From: Eledone cirrhosa
Lineage: Eukaryota
DNA: 64,000 nt
Assembly (NCBI GenBank): GCA_964016885.1
Contig: OZ024742.1
Span: 249,612,001 to 249,676,000, forward strand
Reading direction: 5' to 3'
Below, piece after piece: positions 12,647-26,626 of the stretch. Position 1 is the stretch's first letter; each line of letters opens with the position of its first letter. The position numbers were made by a program, and so were the translations under genes. The notes below the pieces were generated by a model. That model did not search any database. It was not told the DNA's origin and worked only from the letters and a program-made list of their open reading frames with translations.

Positions 12647-15611
12647 GATTGCATATTGGTGTATGTGTGTACCTTGTACTTTTTGGGATTAAACGCCCAT
12701 AACCTCCAGCACATTCATCTAATGTTCTATCGAATAAATGTACAATAAACATAGATTAATAGTGTGAATAGCGACTCCATGTACATTGAGAAGCTGGGAA
12801 GCTATTGTCAACCAATCGATATTTAATGTAATACTCGGTCATTTTAAACTCCTGTTTTCATTCAAAATATAAGTATGTTACTATTGTATATGATTACACA
12901 CGTGTAAGAACGGTTATAGATTGTGGTTATGAAGTGCGCATGGCAATCACGTGGTTTTCCGTTTGATCCTACTTACTGATTTGTGCCTTAGAAAAATAAT
13001 TAGCATATATCTGGGAGTGAAATTTGAGTGATTGACATTGTGTGGAAGATAAATAGACTTTACTTGGTAGATGTTCTTGCATGGCAGATTTATATTTCAC
13101 TCGGTTTAGCCGCTGCACCCCAGTAATAGGTAATATTAGGGGATGAACTCTGTTGTAAATATTCTTGTCTGAGAATATCTTCTGCTCTTCCTACCTCCAA
13201 TATGAAAGGTGTTGGAAACGCTTATTGGCAATTACTTGCTCTCCTTTACTTAACTACATTCATTTTATCATCTCACAAGATAACTAAAAGAAAGTCAACG
13301 TGGGTAAGATTTGAACGAAAGACTGTGTGTATAATGCAGCTCTCAACACTGCTGCTACTTATGCCACTGTTCCACCCTAACCCTCTATCCTACTGCCACT
13401 GCACCACCCCCACTCTTCATCCTACTGCCTCTGCTACCACTGCTCCCCCCAACTTTCCACTCTACTGCCACTTCTGCCACTGCTCCACCCTAACTTCAAA
13501 CCCTCCTAGCATGACTCCGCCCCATATCTGTAGAAAATAATTACAGTTATATTTGATATTGTTTATATTATTTATATGTTATCCAGAATAGATAATATGT
13601 TACGTACAGAGCCCCATTTTTCTTATCATTCCCCCTCCGTTAATTAATTCCTTTAGTAATAGCCATTTAATAATTTAACATTGTTCTAAACAAGAATATT
13701 TGATATGTTCTTACAACAAATGGTTTTTATTTCTCCTAGCTTTTATGTTCATTTAATCTTTAACCCCAACAACATCGTACTTTACTTCTGATCTAGCATC
13801 ATGAAAGGGAAGCATATAAGAAGAGTATTTAAGTAGTTATAGCTTATAATACATTTAATATTTATGATTTATGTTGGGGTTGTTTTAACAATCAAACATT
13901 GAGTGCTTTTCACAAATGAAAAGCCCCTTGATCGTTGCAGCGCGACCAGCATTTCTATTGCTCCAAACTTACTAACGTCTCTCTTCTCCTTTCGCTGCTA
14001 AATGTTTTTCTCCCCCAAGAAATTCTGTAGTAAGTATGGTATCAAACACATATTTGCTACAAAATGCTTGGTTTTTGTCGCCATATTCACAGTTATCGCA
14101 GACATTCTATATATAGATTCTCGTTTTATCAACATGGAATTCAAGAAATAGTCTTGACGCAGACTCTATATATTTTGAATAATTCAATTATGAAGTTGAA
14201 CCAATTCTACTGTATAATATAATTTTAGTTGAATCACTTTCAGGCTTTCCTGTACAAAAACTGCAAAGTAGGGTAAAAACATATTTCTCAGTTTAACGAG
14301 GGACCATCTACAAAATCGGTGGATGTGCTAGATGGTGGACTATGTAGAACATTTCCTATATCTGGCTAGTCAGCTATCACAGAAACACAGATATTGAGGT
14401 CAAGATCAAACACTGGATAAAACTTAACAATGCAAATTTGGTCGCTTGCGAAGTGATGAATTTGGTAATCGTGTTCTGATAAAAACACTGTTCTTGTATA
14501 TGGTATTGAAGATAAGGCATGTTATAGGTAACACCTCCAGTAGATGGGAAAATATTCAGTTCTTGAATAATTGCAACAGATAAGCGTACAGAAAAAAACC
14601 CGGAACCAGGCGGTTGCAAAGCGAAATATTTTATCACATATCTATATATGCATTTGAGATAAATTTATAATTAGGTTGTATACACCTGTCTGGTAAATTA
14701 TTTTAAAATCGGATCTTTAAAACTTTACCTAGCATTGCGTTTGTTGTATAATTTATTGCGGTGAGCCTACTAGACATTCAGTATATACTAAACGGGATGT
14801 GTTTAGCCTATTTCTTGGTGTTGTGGAGGTAATTTTGTCGAAGACTATTAACAGATACTTCTTATCCGTAGGACTTACTAATTTTATATCCATATTCACA
14901 ACAAATTCCTAACAAATATATATGTTCACGTAGATATTTCATGAAAGCAAACCACCTCAAATTAGTTTCGGATTTTCGACGGTGCCTCCTTAGGGAAATA
15001 ATACCTGACGGCCATGAACACTCATATTGAAAAAAAAGCATTCCTTTTTATTAAAAAATATTTGGTGTTGATTACAAACACACACACAATTGATACTACA
15101 AATAGAACATTTAGTTAAGAAATATTATATATATATAAAGGTGTGTAATTTCTTATGCAAGTTTACATCGTAAAAAAACAGAAATTTGAATATCTTATGT
15201 TGCTTTTCTCAACACAAGTAATTAGAGAATATATGTTAAATGTACTTCAAGATAGAGGGTCCATTTACCAGAAAAACGAGTCGAAACATTTCTGTATCGT
15301 CACCAACGTTCTAATATAATAAATGACTGTGATTGAACTCATTGAACTCATAACATTGGTGGCGACGTCATACAACTTGGCGGTACCCTTCCTTATGCAG
15401 ATTTGACGACAACTGATGTCTTTAAGATAAAGAGATAGATAAAGAGAGTGGGAATAGCAATCAATCCCCAAACAAATGAATTCGAAAGGACGAGAGCAGA
15501 ATTTTGGCTTGATCATACTTGATCTCAGAACTCAAAGAGCCGGAATAAACACCACAAAGCATTCTATCCGACGTTCTTGCGAATTAACCAATTCGCTGCA
15601 TATATGCTAAT

Positions 15612-15808
15612 AATAATTGTTTCTTGAAGGGGAAGGGAATGTCGATCAAATCGACTGCAGTACTTACTTGTGCTTTGTTTTATCGACCCCGTAACGATGA
15701 AAGGTAAAGCTAACCTCGGCGGGATTCGAACTCAGAACGTAAAAGGCCATAACTCTATACTACAGTGCATGTTGACTGACGCTCTACCGATACTGCAAAT
15801 CCACCACC
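15612..15808 (-). mobile_element. tRNA-derived SINE (same family)
   Basis: Core domain and A/B boxes on the minus strand. Confidence 0.8.
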
Positions 15809-16387
15809 CTTATATATGTAATGTAACTAATAATAAACTTTAATAAAATTACTGTAATTATAAGGTATGTGATATTGTTCATATTCTTGTTGTTTAGCTC
15901 TAATTGAGTTTGAAATGACCAGGCTTTTTGTCAAAAAATATATTGCAGCTATGGCAACCCAACTATATTTTTAGACATTGCTTGTTATTTATTTACTGTT
16001 TTTGTTTACTTCGTATTTCATAGTTTATTTCTCTTTCTGTTCGTGTTCTATTTCGTTATGTAACCGATGGCTTGTATTGAAGAAAAACATTACTGGCATC
16101 GAATTCACTTATCTGAGTGGACCAGAGAAGGCAATGGGCTAAACGCATTCCTCTAGATCAAAATGATAATTCTTTTTTAAATGGTGTTTATGTGTTGAAT
16201 ATATCAAATGATGCGATGTTTTTTGGTTTTGTTTTTTTCCTCTATTGAAATATAAAATACAACACTACTAACTTTAACTCCGCCCTGCTTCGTTAGATCT
16301 CTAAAATTGCCGCCAATTTTATTCTACTTTTGTTATAATTTTTAATTTTTATATTTTCCTATTTTTTCTTTTTAGGTTGAAGAAAAG

Positions 16388-16444
16388 ATGACTAGCACAG
16401 AGCTAGTTTCTTGCTTTGTGTATCTTTTGGGATTTTATGTTGTT
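16388..16444 (+). CDS. Candidate first coding exon (MTSTELVSCFVYLLGFYVV, signal-peptide-like) of an unidentified secreted protein
   Basis: Long polypyrimidine tract and tttag acceptor (exon from 16376), ATG at 16388, strong GTGAGT donor at 16445, phase 0, hydrophobic peptide. Confidence 0.55.
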
Positions 16445-17148
16445 GTGAGTGTTTTTAATTTTTTTTTTGGGGGGGGGGGTTCTTGTGGCCCCACCGGGTG
16501 GCAACTAAATACAACTTCTTATAATCTATTCAGGGAACTAAATTCCTCTTTGATTTCACTTTGATTCGAAACTGTTGTGTATTATCTTACAATTTCTTAC
16601 ATTGTCTCACTCCATATTTCGAAGTCTTCCTTCATTCCTTCCTTGCTACTTTATACATACATTTATTTATTTATTTATTTATGTATTTTCCACTCCATCT
16701 TTTTTTATTTTTGTTTCTTTCTTTTCGTTTCTTTTCATGATGCTTTCTTTAATGCATACCACATTACTGTTGATGTGAAGCATTGACATAACTACACAGT
16801 TTTTTTTCATCTCTGGTCCCTCAAAATGTAACACTTTAAATCTGTCATTCCAAAGTTCATCACAAGAAAGCAAATAATAATAATAGTAACGATGATGATG
16901 AAGATGTTGAAGATAATGATGATGACGATAATAGTAATAATAATAATAATAATAACAACAATAACAACAACGCCGACGACAACAACAACAATAAAATATT
17001 GATAACAATAACAATAATATTAATAATAAATAAGAGATTAATTTGAAAAACACACCATTCGAATGTATTGTAAAATGTTTGCATATACATATATACACAC
17101 ATACACAAATATGCATGTATATACACACATATATATACACACACACAC

Positions 17149-17185
<37 letters not shown>

Positions 17186-17191
17186 TATATA

Positions 17192-17480
17192 AAAGTCTAA
17201 AGTCTGTCTTAAGCCAGAAGGCCCATTTGGCCGGTGCTTATCCCGGTTTCATGGCGTGAAGCGAGTGAGAGTAGAAGACTCCCACCTGGACAGGACGCCA
17301 GTCCATTGCAGGGTTAAACCTCCAGCTATTGCTGGTACTAATTTTGAGGTGAGTAAACTGGAGCAACGTGAAATAAAGTGTCTTGTTCAAGGAAACAACA
17401 CATCACCCGGTCCGAGAATTGAACTCACAACCTTTCGATTGCAAGCCTAATGCTCTAACTACTAAGCCGTGCGCCTTCAC
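17192..17480 (-). mobile_element. tRNA-derived V-domain-type SINE
   Basis: Minus strand: A-box GGCTTAGTAGTTAGAGC, B-box GTTCAATTC, then ccttgaacaagacactttatttcac typical of V-SINE cores. Confidence 0.7.
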
Positions 17481-17502
17481 ACACATATATATATACATAG
17501 AT

Positions 17503-17536
<34 letters not shown>

Positions 17537-17537
17537 T

Positions 17538-17595
<58 letters not shown>

Positions 17596-17752
17596 GATAT
17601 AATGCTCTGAAATAGCGATATATATGTGAAGACAAACATAGAATATTCGAAAATATTCTGTATGTTTATAATAAACATTTTGAAGACCCAATCGCTATAG
17701 AATAGAATACGTCACGTATTACAATTTGAGATTCTCGATAAAAGCAAGGTAA

Positions 17753-17795
17753 GTAACCTACGCGTTTCATTCTTATTAGAAATCATCAGGATTAC
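17753..17795 (-). ncRNA. Minimal type I hammerhead
   Basis: Reverse complement of 18015-18057. Confidence 0.85.
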
Positions 17796-18014
17796 ATATC
17801 CAATGCTTTTATCGAGAACGACACAGCTAGAGACTTACAGAATATTTCCGAATATTCTATGTTTGTCTTCACATATATATCGCTATTTCAGAGCATTATA
17901 TCCAAATTCTAATTTCTGCCGGACCGGCTACCGCTCTTTCAAACCAGTTCCTGTACACAGCTAAGTATTCTATAAGTCTCTAGCTGTGTCGTTCTCGATA
18001 AAAGCATTGGATAT

Positions 18015-18057
18015 GTAATCCTGATGATTTCTAATAAGAATGAAACGCGTAGGTTAC
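18015..18057 (+). ncRNA. Minimal type I hammerhead
   Basis: gtaatc CTGATGA t ttct aata agaa t GAAA cgcg TA^ ggttac; palindromic stem III ACGCGT. Confidence 0.85.
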
Positions 18058-18531
18058 TTCCCTTGCTTTTATCGAGAATCTCAAATTGTAATACGTGACG
18101 TATTCTATTCTATAGCGATTGTGTCTTCAAAATGTTTATTATAAACATACAGAATATTTTCGAATATTCTATGTTTGTCTTCATATATATATATATATAT
18201 AAAACTAACTCCTTGCAAACAAAACTTCATAGTTTTCCTTGATATATATATATATATATATCAAGGAAAACTATGAAGTTTTGTTTACAACGAGTTAGTT
18301 TTTTTCATTATAGATCAACACGTTACGCACGTTTCGCAAAAGATTGGCTCGAGGTTACCCATAGAATTTATGAGCTCGACTTCATAATCGATCTGCACAT
18401 CCGACTGGTGATTCGACGTAACAGGTCGTACACAATAAAAAAGGAAACTTCATAGATTTCCTCAGTATATACACTCTGCTTCTGCGTCGACGCTTACTTT
18501 GGTACTACTACCAGTAATTTCCTGATTCACT

Positions 18532-18632
<101 letters not shown>

Positions 18633-18793
18633 TATATATATATAACGAAGGAGGTGTGGTGAGGAACCAGATGAACTATAACGCACCAGAGTACTCAATA
18701 CTTAGAGTAGTAGAGTGCGTAACAGGAAAATGTTTGACTCCGACAGCAGAGCTCAAGCCGTTTCGACGGCTATTTCTGGACTAGTGTGTTTTT

Positions 18794-18832
<39 letters not shown>

Positions 18833-19096
18833 ATGTGTGTGTGTGTCTGTGTGTGAGTGTGTGTGTGTGAAATTTGAAGACTAAAATCCAAAGCGGGCTC
18901 GATAAGGATAAATATATATTAAATATATATGAACTGTAGAGCAAATATTGTAATATATATTTATTAAAATAACAGATTAAAGTTTAAGCAAAGAATCGCT
19001 GCTTTCAGAAGGGTGAAAGCAGCGATTCTTTGCTTAAATTTTAATCTGTTATTTTAATAAATATATATTATATATTATATCGATATTTGTCGGGCA

Positions 19097-19218
19097 TCCA
19101 CTGATGATTTATAAGTGCCCACCTACATATATTCCTACGGACTATGTGTAGGCTTCTACATAACCTGGACATTATTTTCCCAATTTGTAGAAAACTTATA
19201 ATGAAACGATCGTTTGGA
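19097..19218 (+). ncRNA. Type I hammerhead with a large branched stem II insertion
   Basis: tcca CTGATGA t ttataagt...[hairpins cctacatata/tatgtgtagg and ttctaca/tgtagaa]...acttataa t GAAA cgatcg TT^ tgga; palindrome ACGATCGT. Confidence 0.7.
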
Positions 19219-19469
19219 AAGAGAGATGTATTTTAATTATGTCTCATATAAAATAATACAATTGGCTATCCGCAAAATACGTATAGTTAGCACCCCAAAC
19301 GTATAATTGGGATTATACTAAGGTATATCCTAATGTTTGTTGAGTGAGACGGAAGCCGGTCGGAGTATTGCTTAAAGCTTACTCTGTTAATGTATTAAAT
19401 ATATATATATATATATCAGGATGATAGCAGTAACATCCGTTAGACCATTACTCGGGGTCCCGAATGTTT

Positions 19470-19526
<57 letters not shown>

Positions 19527-20121
19527 CATAGATATATATATATACTTATACGTACACAGAAACACCTATATTTTTTCCCCGTCTGTCTTTAGACATTTAT
19601 TCTTTATTCTTTTTTTTTTACCTAAGATAATCTTTGAGAATCCACGTCAGTTCCTAACTTCCTAACACCAACTCTACTACTTACATGTAAATCATTCTCT
19701 GAAAATTGTTGTTTTGGAAGTCGTCACTTCTGAAGCATACGTATGCGTAAATACATACATACATACATACATACATACATACATTCCTAGATACATATAT
19801 ACTTACATATATACATACATATTTACATACAAATTTACATAATACTTACATACATACATAATACTTTCCTACATACATATATCCTTTAATACGCGCATAC
19901 ACAAATACATACAACCATAAATACATACATGCATACATACATACATATATACATATTTGCATTCGTACATACATACATATATACATATTTGCATGCATTC
20001 GTACATACATACAGACAAATTGACAGACATGTCCACTTTGCAAAACATCGCCATAATGATATGTCGACATATTTGCTTCATTATATTAAACAGCGTTAGA
20101 TTGATCGTTTACTTTCATCAG

Positions 20122-20195
20122 TCAAAGATGTCTGCCTATCAAACGGACGACCTCAGTGAGATATGTAATAAATTTACAGCAAAAGAGCTGCTTCG
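20122..20195 (+). CDS. Candidate exon 2 (SKMSAYQTDDLSEICNKFTAKELL-R)
   Basis: tttactttcatcag acceptor; open in phase 0, matching exon 1; unique sequence between microsatellites; weak GTTTCT donor, phase 2. Confidence 0.45.
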
Positions 20196-20263
20196 GTTTC
20201 TTGCAAAATCTATCTCTCACTCTCTCTCTCTCTATATATATAGACACACATACGCGCGCGCGC

Positions 20264-20377
<114 letters not shown>

Positions 20378-20500
20378 TTACATACATGTGTGTGTACATA
20401 TTTAATTATGTGTGTATGTATACGTGCTTACATCTGGCAGTACTCCTGCATCATGTATGTCTACTATGAACTACTATATTCATTCAGTGTTATTGTGTAG

Positions 20501-20600
20501 GTTTAACACATTCAAGACCAGTTGTGCTGATACAGCAACAAATATGATGAGCAAAACTGGGTTTTACTTTACAAAATGTATATATCTGTTTAGGCAATAA
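20501..20600 (+). CDS. Candidate exon 3 (R-FNTFKTSCADTATNMMSKTGFYFTK...); ends at a possible donor at 20578 or the stop at 20600
   Basis: ttattgtgtag acceptor; open in phase 2, matching exon 2. Confidence 0.4.
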
Positions 20601-20782
20601 AATATAGCCTTATGTAGACAGAGTGACACATACATTTGCACGTACGCACGCACGCACACACACGCACACACGCACACACACACACATATATATGTTGTTG
20701 TTTTTGGCATTCCCACCAAAGAATGCGAGAAGGTTCACCAGAAGTTAACCAGGAATTTAAAAAAGGAATTAGAATAATGATA

Positions 20783-20960
20783 ATAATTGTTTCTACTTTT
20801 GGCACAAGGCCAGCAATTACTCAGTACATTACTGGTACTTTATTTTATCGATCCGGTAAGGATGAAAGGCAAAGTTAACCTCGACGGGATCTGAACTCAA
20901 ACCGTAAAGAGACGTAACTATGCTAGAAAGCATGGCGTCCATCCCTCTACTGATACTACC
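20783..20960 (-). mobile_element. tRNA-derived SINE (same family)
   Basis: Core domain and B-box. Confidence 0.8.
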
Positions 20961-23900
20961 GTTTCATTTATTGGCCAAAGGAGGAGCTGACATATAGGGG
21001 ACAATATAATAGACGGGGACAGTAGGAGTTTTCACAAAAATCGAGTAAACATAAGAAAATAGCAAAAAGCAAGAAAATATAACAATGAAAATTCCCCCAT
21101 AGGGGGGAGGGGATAATCACCCACCCAGAGATGACTCAGGTACCCCACCAATCCTGAACAACCCGACGCTTCGAGGGCACCCGCCGAGGAGACCCATCTC
21201 CTTCTCAAATTAACCAGCGTACAAGCACATGGTCAGAGTAGGCCCACCCACACGGGCCATTCTCGCAACATTCACCCACCTTTTACAGATGTACTGGGCG
21301 GCAGCACTTCTCTCTCCACCGTCATCTTCATTTCCAAGTGAAACATGATAAAGTTATTGAGGCATTTGCCGAAGAGAAAAGTGTCTATCTTCATCACTTT
21401 CAACCTGCTCCACCATACAACCTCTTTCGATACTGCCACCAGACAGGAAATTTACCTGCCCTTCCTGGCCGAAAGAAGGCGGACGGTCGATCTACACTAT
21501 GGACTCGGCCGATAGATGGATTTGTTCGACACGTGACAACAGCTGTTCGACATAAATCCACAGGTCAGTGATGCATGGACTGGACGAGTAGGTGTGCTGA
21601 ATGGTTTCGTCGCTTGGTGCACATCTCGAACAGGTCCGCCTGACGACACTTCCGTACCTCTAGAGTTTATCTCGAACCTGCAGTCCCCCCCCCCCCGGCA
21701 GCCCTGCCAAGCGAGGTATTTATGGAAGTTATCCATCTTCCCCGGCTCAATGGTCCTCCGGAACAGACTGGTCAGTTCCGCTTGGTCGACGCCTAGAATT
21801 ACTCCGAGTGCGTCGTTGCACTGTCCCACCCCTAATCCTCACTAGAACAGGCGGGTGGAACTTCCACTAACCACATTGCCCGCCTGGTAGAGAGCAGTGA
21901 GTGCAACATTCCAGATGACAAGCACAGAGTCTCGGTATCTTCATGAACCAGGACTGCAGCTCGGTCAAAGAAACGAGCTGCGGAAAGCCTGTATGAAAAA
22001 CGGCGTCCACACCTGTTGACCATTTAGGCAGAATATTTGGAGATGCCGCAGCATCAGCGCATTTTTGTGCATCATTAGCTACGGCATTCTCAGCCCTCAA
22101 CGTAGAGGCTGCTGGCAACAGATAAACCGCTTCACCAACAGAACTTGTCTCCCGCATAAGAAGTTGAAGAGGGTCCGTTCCAACATGGTGAGGCGCGGAC
22201 GGGTAGATGACGTACACAATGTACGCATTCACCACTTCCGCCTGACCTTTCAGTGACATCTTCCTCGCAGCCCATTTCTGTGTGAGACTGGCTAACCTGA
22301 TCGTCACCTCATCCCAATTCGTATCCACCTGGAGGTCTGGCCCGAATCAAACCCCGAGCAACTTTACCGTTCCGTCCATCCAGTGCCAAACGACGCTGTC
22401 GCATGGCACTGACTTGCCTCTCTAGGTGCCAAGCTGCAAGCCCACCAACTTTTCCGGGTTAAGTTTGGCACCCGTCAGCATTTCATTTTCCTCCAATAAG
22501 GTGCCGACCACTTCGATTTCCGAGTTATCCGACAACATCGCTGTAATGTCGTCCGCATAAACCAGTACAGCCTTTCCGCGTCGCGGTTCGAGCGGGATAC
22601 ACTGCAACAGCTCCAGCTTCTGCAGTAAAGGCTCGAGAGTCAATAGGTACAGAAGGGAGGAGAGAGGGGACCCATGACGTACCGATCGGGAGATCTGAAA
22701 CAGTTCCGAGAGGTGGCATTTAACTTTACCACCGAGCAGATGCTGCTGTGCATTGCAGTGATTAAGCTTCTGAAGACCTGGCCGAAGCCAGCTGCCTTGA
22801 GGACAGCCTCCAGGTACCGATGGTCGACCCTATCAAATGCTTTCGATTGATCTAAATTGATCAGAGCCCCTTCGAAGCCAGGTTTACACCCTACCATCTC
22901 TATGATATATCGCATGAGGTGGAAGTTGTAGTGTATGGACATGGTCGGGGTTGCGCAAGTTTGCGTGTCCTCAACAAAATCCACGACGACAAGCGCCAAC
23001 CCTTTCGCTATCACCTTGGAGAAAATCTTAAATTCTGTGTTGAGCAGAGTTATGGGCCTTAAGTTGTGTAATATATCCCTCTTTTTCTTGTCTTTCCTTA
23101 TCAGCGTTACTATGCCCCGGTTCACAGAACTGGGAGTACCCCTGTTCTGTTGCCAGTTGCAGTAGAGCACTTCGAGGAGATTAGTGAACAAGTCGGGCAT
23201 ATTTACGTAAAGCTCGTAGGCCAGACTACCCAAACCGGGTGACTTGCGCCTCATGTAGCCGACTAGGGTATCCTGAATTTCGTCTGAAGTGATTGGTCTT
23301 TCTCAGCGCTCGACGTCGGCCGTCGAGCGACGTGGTAAGCCGTCGTGGTGGGGGCTGAAGTCCGCTCCCGTTTCTGACCCACTACGTACCTCGAACAACC
23401 GAGCAAAATGCTGGCGAAAAGACTGGATCGTGCAGCTCGTGTCCGTCTCAGTCCTACAAAGACCGAATTGTGGCCCATTGAACGCTTTGCTTGCCTCGTT
23501 TTTCAGAGCATGAGTCTTAGCTCTGAAAATGCAACCTTCATGTTTCGCATTGAAGAAATGGTCTAATGTCATTCTCGCTGCTAGCATGTCAGTTGCGATG
23601 TCACTACAAATAACCCCGTCTAACTTTCTGTTTTCCTCTAACGCTACTTCTTTGCTAAACCCTATCGAAATTACCCTAATCTCTCTTTTGAGATTCACCC
23701 CCCTCTCACCTGTTAACCTTTGCTTAACTAATTTGTCGACCCGGTCTCTGTAAGCCTTACGTGTGCTGGAAACGACATGTTCAGCTTCCAGTAACCAGGT
23801 ACTAACATATGCATCTTATCTAGATCGACCATTTAGATCACAAACTTGTGATCTAAATAGGCGACCGTTTTAAAATGTGGACAGCCTACACTTTTTCTAT

Positions 23901-25960
23901 CTATTTTCCTAATGAAAATCCTATCTATATACGATCTAGATGACCCTTTGCGGATGGTCCAGGTCCACACTGGCGCATTAGGGAAATCTAGTCGGTACCT
24001 GTCAGACAGTTGGAACTGGCTGATTAGGTACTTGAGGCTATTGAACCCTCCTCCTCCTCCTATCGGATACTCCCATACAATCCCAGCGTACGTCTAAGAT
24101 GCCCTTTCAGTCCCTCGCTAACAAAAAGGCATCAGGCGTCTAAAGACGTCTGGGCGTCCGGCCCCGGTAGCGGCGTAGACGGCCACCAGTGTAAAGGCAC
24201 AATATTTGCTATTGTTCACGTCCAAGACCACCAACTTACCGTTCAGGCCTTTCCTAAGTAGCACTGCGACCCCACCTCGCATTGCCGGCCGACTAACAGA
24301 TTCGAAGATCTGATAGTCGTCGAAAATTGGGGCTAGTGCGCGTGTGCCGGAAATCCTTGTCTTGCTGACAGCAATTACATCCATTTCTAGAGACCTGAGG
24401 TCGTTGAGCAGGTGACCCTGCTTCCTGGGTAATCCAGGCTACAAATATTTAAACTTCCTTCTCTTAATATGGCCATGTTGGCAGGCTAAAGAAGCGAGTA
24501 AATGTTTACTTAGGTCCTGGGGTCTAGTGGAGGTCAGGTTGTTGACCTCTATGATTGGTGGGATTTCCATTGGGAATCCATTTAGAAGCCTACTGTTGGC
24601 TTTTACTTTAGGGGTCCCCATGTCGTCGGGAAAGCTTTCCTTAATATTTTTATAAGTTTATAATGGCATCCGCATGAATCGCAGTATTTGAGACATTTTG
24701 AGGGTGCAGGTGCCAAAAATCTCTCCCGCTTTTTAAAATGTTTTAGATCATGTTACAAAGGCCATGAGTTGTTTGTTGGCTCTCCTTAGTAACACGAAGT
24801 TGTCTAAATATGTCTGCGTGTGTTTTCTTTTGTTTGGGATTATTTGTGCTTGTGCCGGTGTTATAGGCGGTTGTGGAGTTGGTGTTTTTGTGGATGTGTC
24901 TGTATTTGCTTTGAGTGTGTTTTGTGTGTGTGGAGCTAGATTTTTTCCTTTTTCTTTCTGTGCTTTCTTTTTTTCTTTTTAGCTTTTTGGGGTTCTCCTC
25001 ATCTTCACTGGGAGAAGTGGAGGAACAGATGTCTGGAAACCCTGTGTCAGAGGGGAGTGGGAGTGTGTTTACGGGTGTGTGCATTTTGATCTGTGCTTAT
25101 GTGTTTGAAAGAGAGGGAGAGGGAGAGATTATGTGGGTGACCACATGGGTGGATTTAAATGTCCTTGTTAATGGAGATGCTTCATTTCCTGTTGCGGCTG
25201 GTGTTGTCCCTCCTTCCTACACCGGTGACTACCTGAATTTCGTACCTGTCCCTTTCATGTGGTCCAGTATGTTTTTTTATGTCTTCAGGTCCCGGACCAC
25301 CTCTCACTCTCTCTTTGTGAATTAAACGTCGAGGGGGGTGTCAGGGGCCTCTACCACCACGCATCCCAGGAGCCACCATAAATCAAGTCCTGGCGGAATC
25401 CTGGGAACAAGGACCCTTACAGTACTCCTCCCCATGTAGGGCGGGTACAAAATGACTTGGTCCGTTTTGCAAGGGACCACAGAATGCTTTATAGCAAGGT
25501 CCTCAGTTTTGAAAAGCACCGAGATGTTCCCAAATTGTCTGGCCTTTGTTATATAGTCTATGTCATCATTATCGATGCATTTCAGTGTTGCCTCTACATG
25601 TCCTTTGGACGCATTCTCGGCTTTTCGAGATTTGACCAAAATACGACGATATTTTAGAGTTCTCTCCTTTCTTGCCATTACCTCCCCCGGGTCGTTTAAA
25701 TTGGTCCAGCTTTTCTCTCTTGTTATAAATGTTACTGCTTGGACCAAACGTTCCTTTTTCTCTGTAAGATCAACATCGTACAGATTTTGGCCTTTTGCTA
25801 CTGTGACCGCGAAAGTACACCTTTTCTTGATGCTGTTGTTGTTGTTCTTTCTGTTGTGGCTGTTTTCCTGTTTTTCGTTGACTATATTGTTGTTGGTGTT
25901 GTTGTCATTATTGCAGTTGCTGTTGGTGTAGCTGTCGTTGTTCTTGTTGGTTAATTTAAG
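20961..25960 (-). mobile_element. Degenerate near-full-length L1/Tx1-clade non-LTR retrotransposon (ORF1 about 25950-24700; ORF2 APE-RT-CCHC about 24440-21215)
   Basis: ORF fragments DVIAVSKTRI...GGVAVLL (APE), KSPGLGSLAYELY, RPITLLNTEFKI, DQSKAFDRVDH, YADD (RT); many stops and frameshifts; AATAAA at the 3' end. Confidence 0.9.
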
Positions 25961-26029
25961 CTGGTGATGAGTGACCGTCCCAGGTGCTTCCGAAGCGTCT
26001 GCTGGTTCAGGATTGGTGGGGTACCTGCA

Positions 26030-26160
26030 GTTTGTATTTTTCTTGTTTATTGTTATTGTATATTTTTATTCAATTCGTAAGTAAACCCCACTGTCCCTGT
26101 CTCTATTCACCCCCACCTATATGTCGGCCATTTTGGGCAATAAATGAAATAATAATTATT
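26030..26160 (+). mobile_element. Short 3'-UTR fragment of a related L1/Tx1 element ending in (AAT/ATT)n
   Basis: Similar to the reverse complement of 20961-21080 (ctgtccc.gtct...aataaatgaaa). Confidence 0.55.
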
Positions 26161-26166
26161 ATTATT

Positions 26167-26375
26167 GGTGGATTGGCAGTATCGGTAGAGCGTCAGATGC
26201 CATGCTTTGTAGCATAGAGTTATGCCCCTTTACGTTATGAGTTCAAATCCATCCGGGGTTAAATCTGCCGTTCATCCTTACGGGGTCGATAAAATAAAGT
26301 ACCAGTAACGTACTGGGGTCGGTTAATCGAGTGTCCCCTCCCCCAAAATTACTGGATTTGTGCCTATACTAGAAG

Positions 26376-26407
<32 letters not shown>
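26167..26407 (+). mobile_element. tRNA-derived SINE with (ATT)n tail
   Basis: ggtggattggcagtatcggtagag...gagttcaaatcc...ttcatccttacggggtcgataaaataaagtaccag. Confidence 0.85.
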
Positions 26408-26626
26408 GGCGACCTACATAGTAAATCGTATCATCGTGAGCTCCGCAAAGGTTTGTTATTTTCAGTTGTTTAAAATTGGCATTTATGGAAAATTTTTATT
26501 GTTAACTGTATATAAGTGCACATACATTGATTTCTGAAAAGGACACTCAAAAAGATTGGGGCCTTGAGCCCAAAATTTAAACTTTTTATAATTATCAAAC
26601 AAAAAAAAAATTTTCTTTGAAAAATC

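Larger units (their letters stand above)
17590..18183. mobile_element. Penelope-type non-autonomous element with inverted arms, in (TA)n, carrying two hammerheads
   Basis: About 17625-17840 is the reverse complement of about 17970-18183; an extra terminus copy lies at 17840-17905. Confidence 0.8.
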
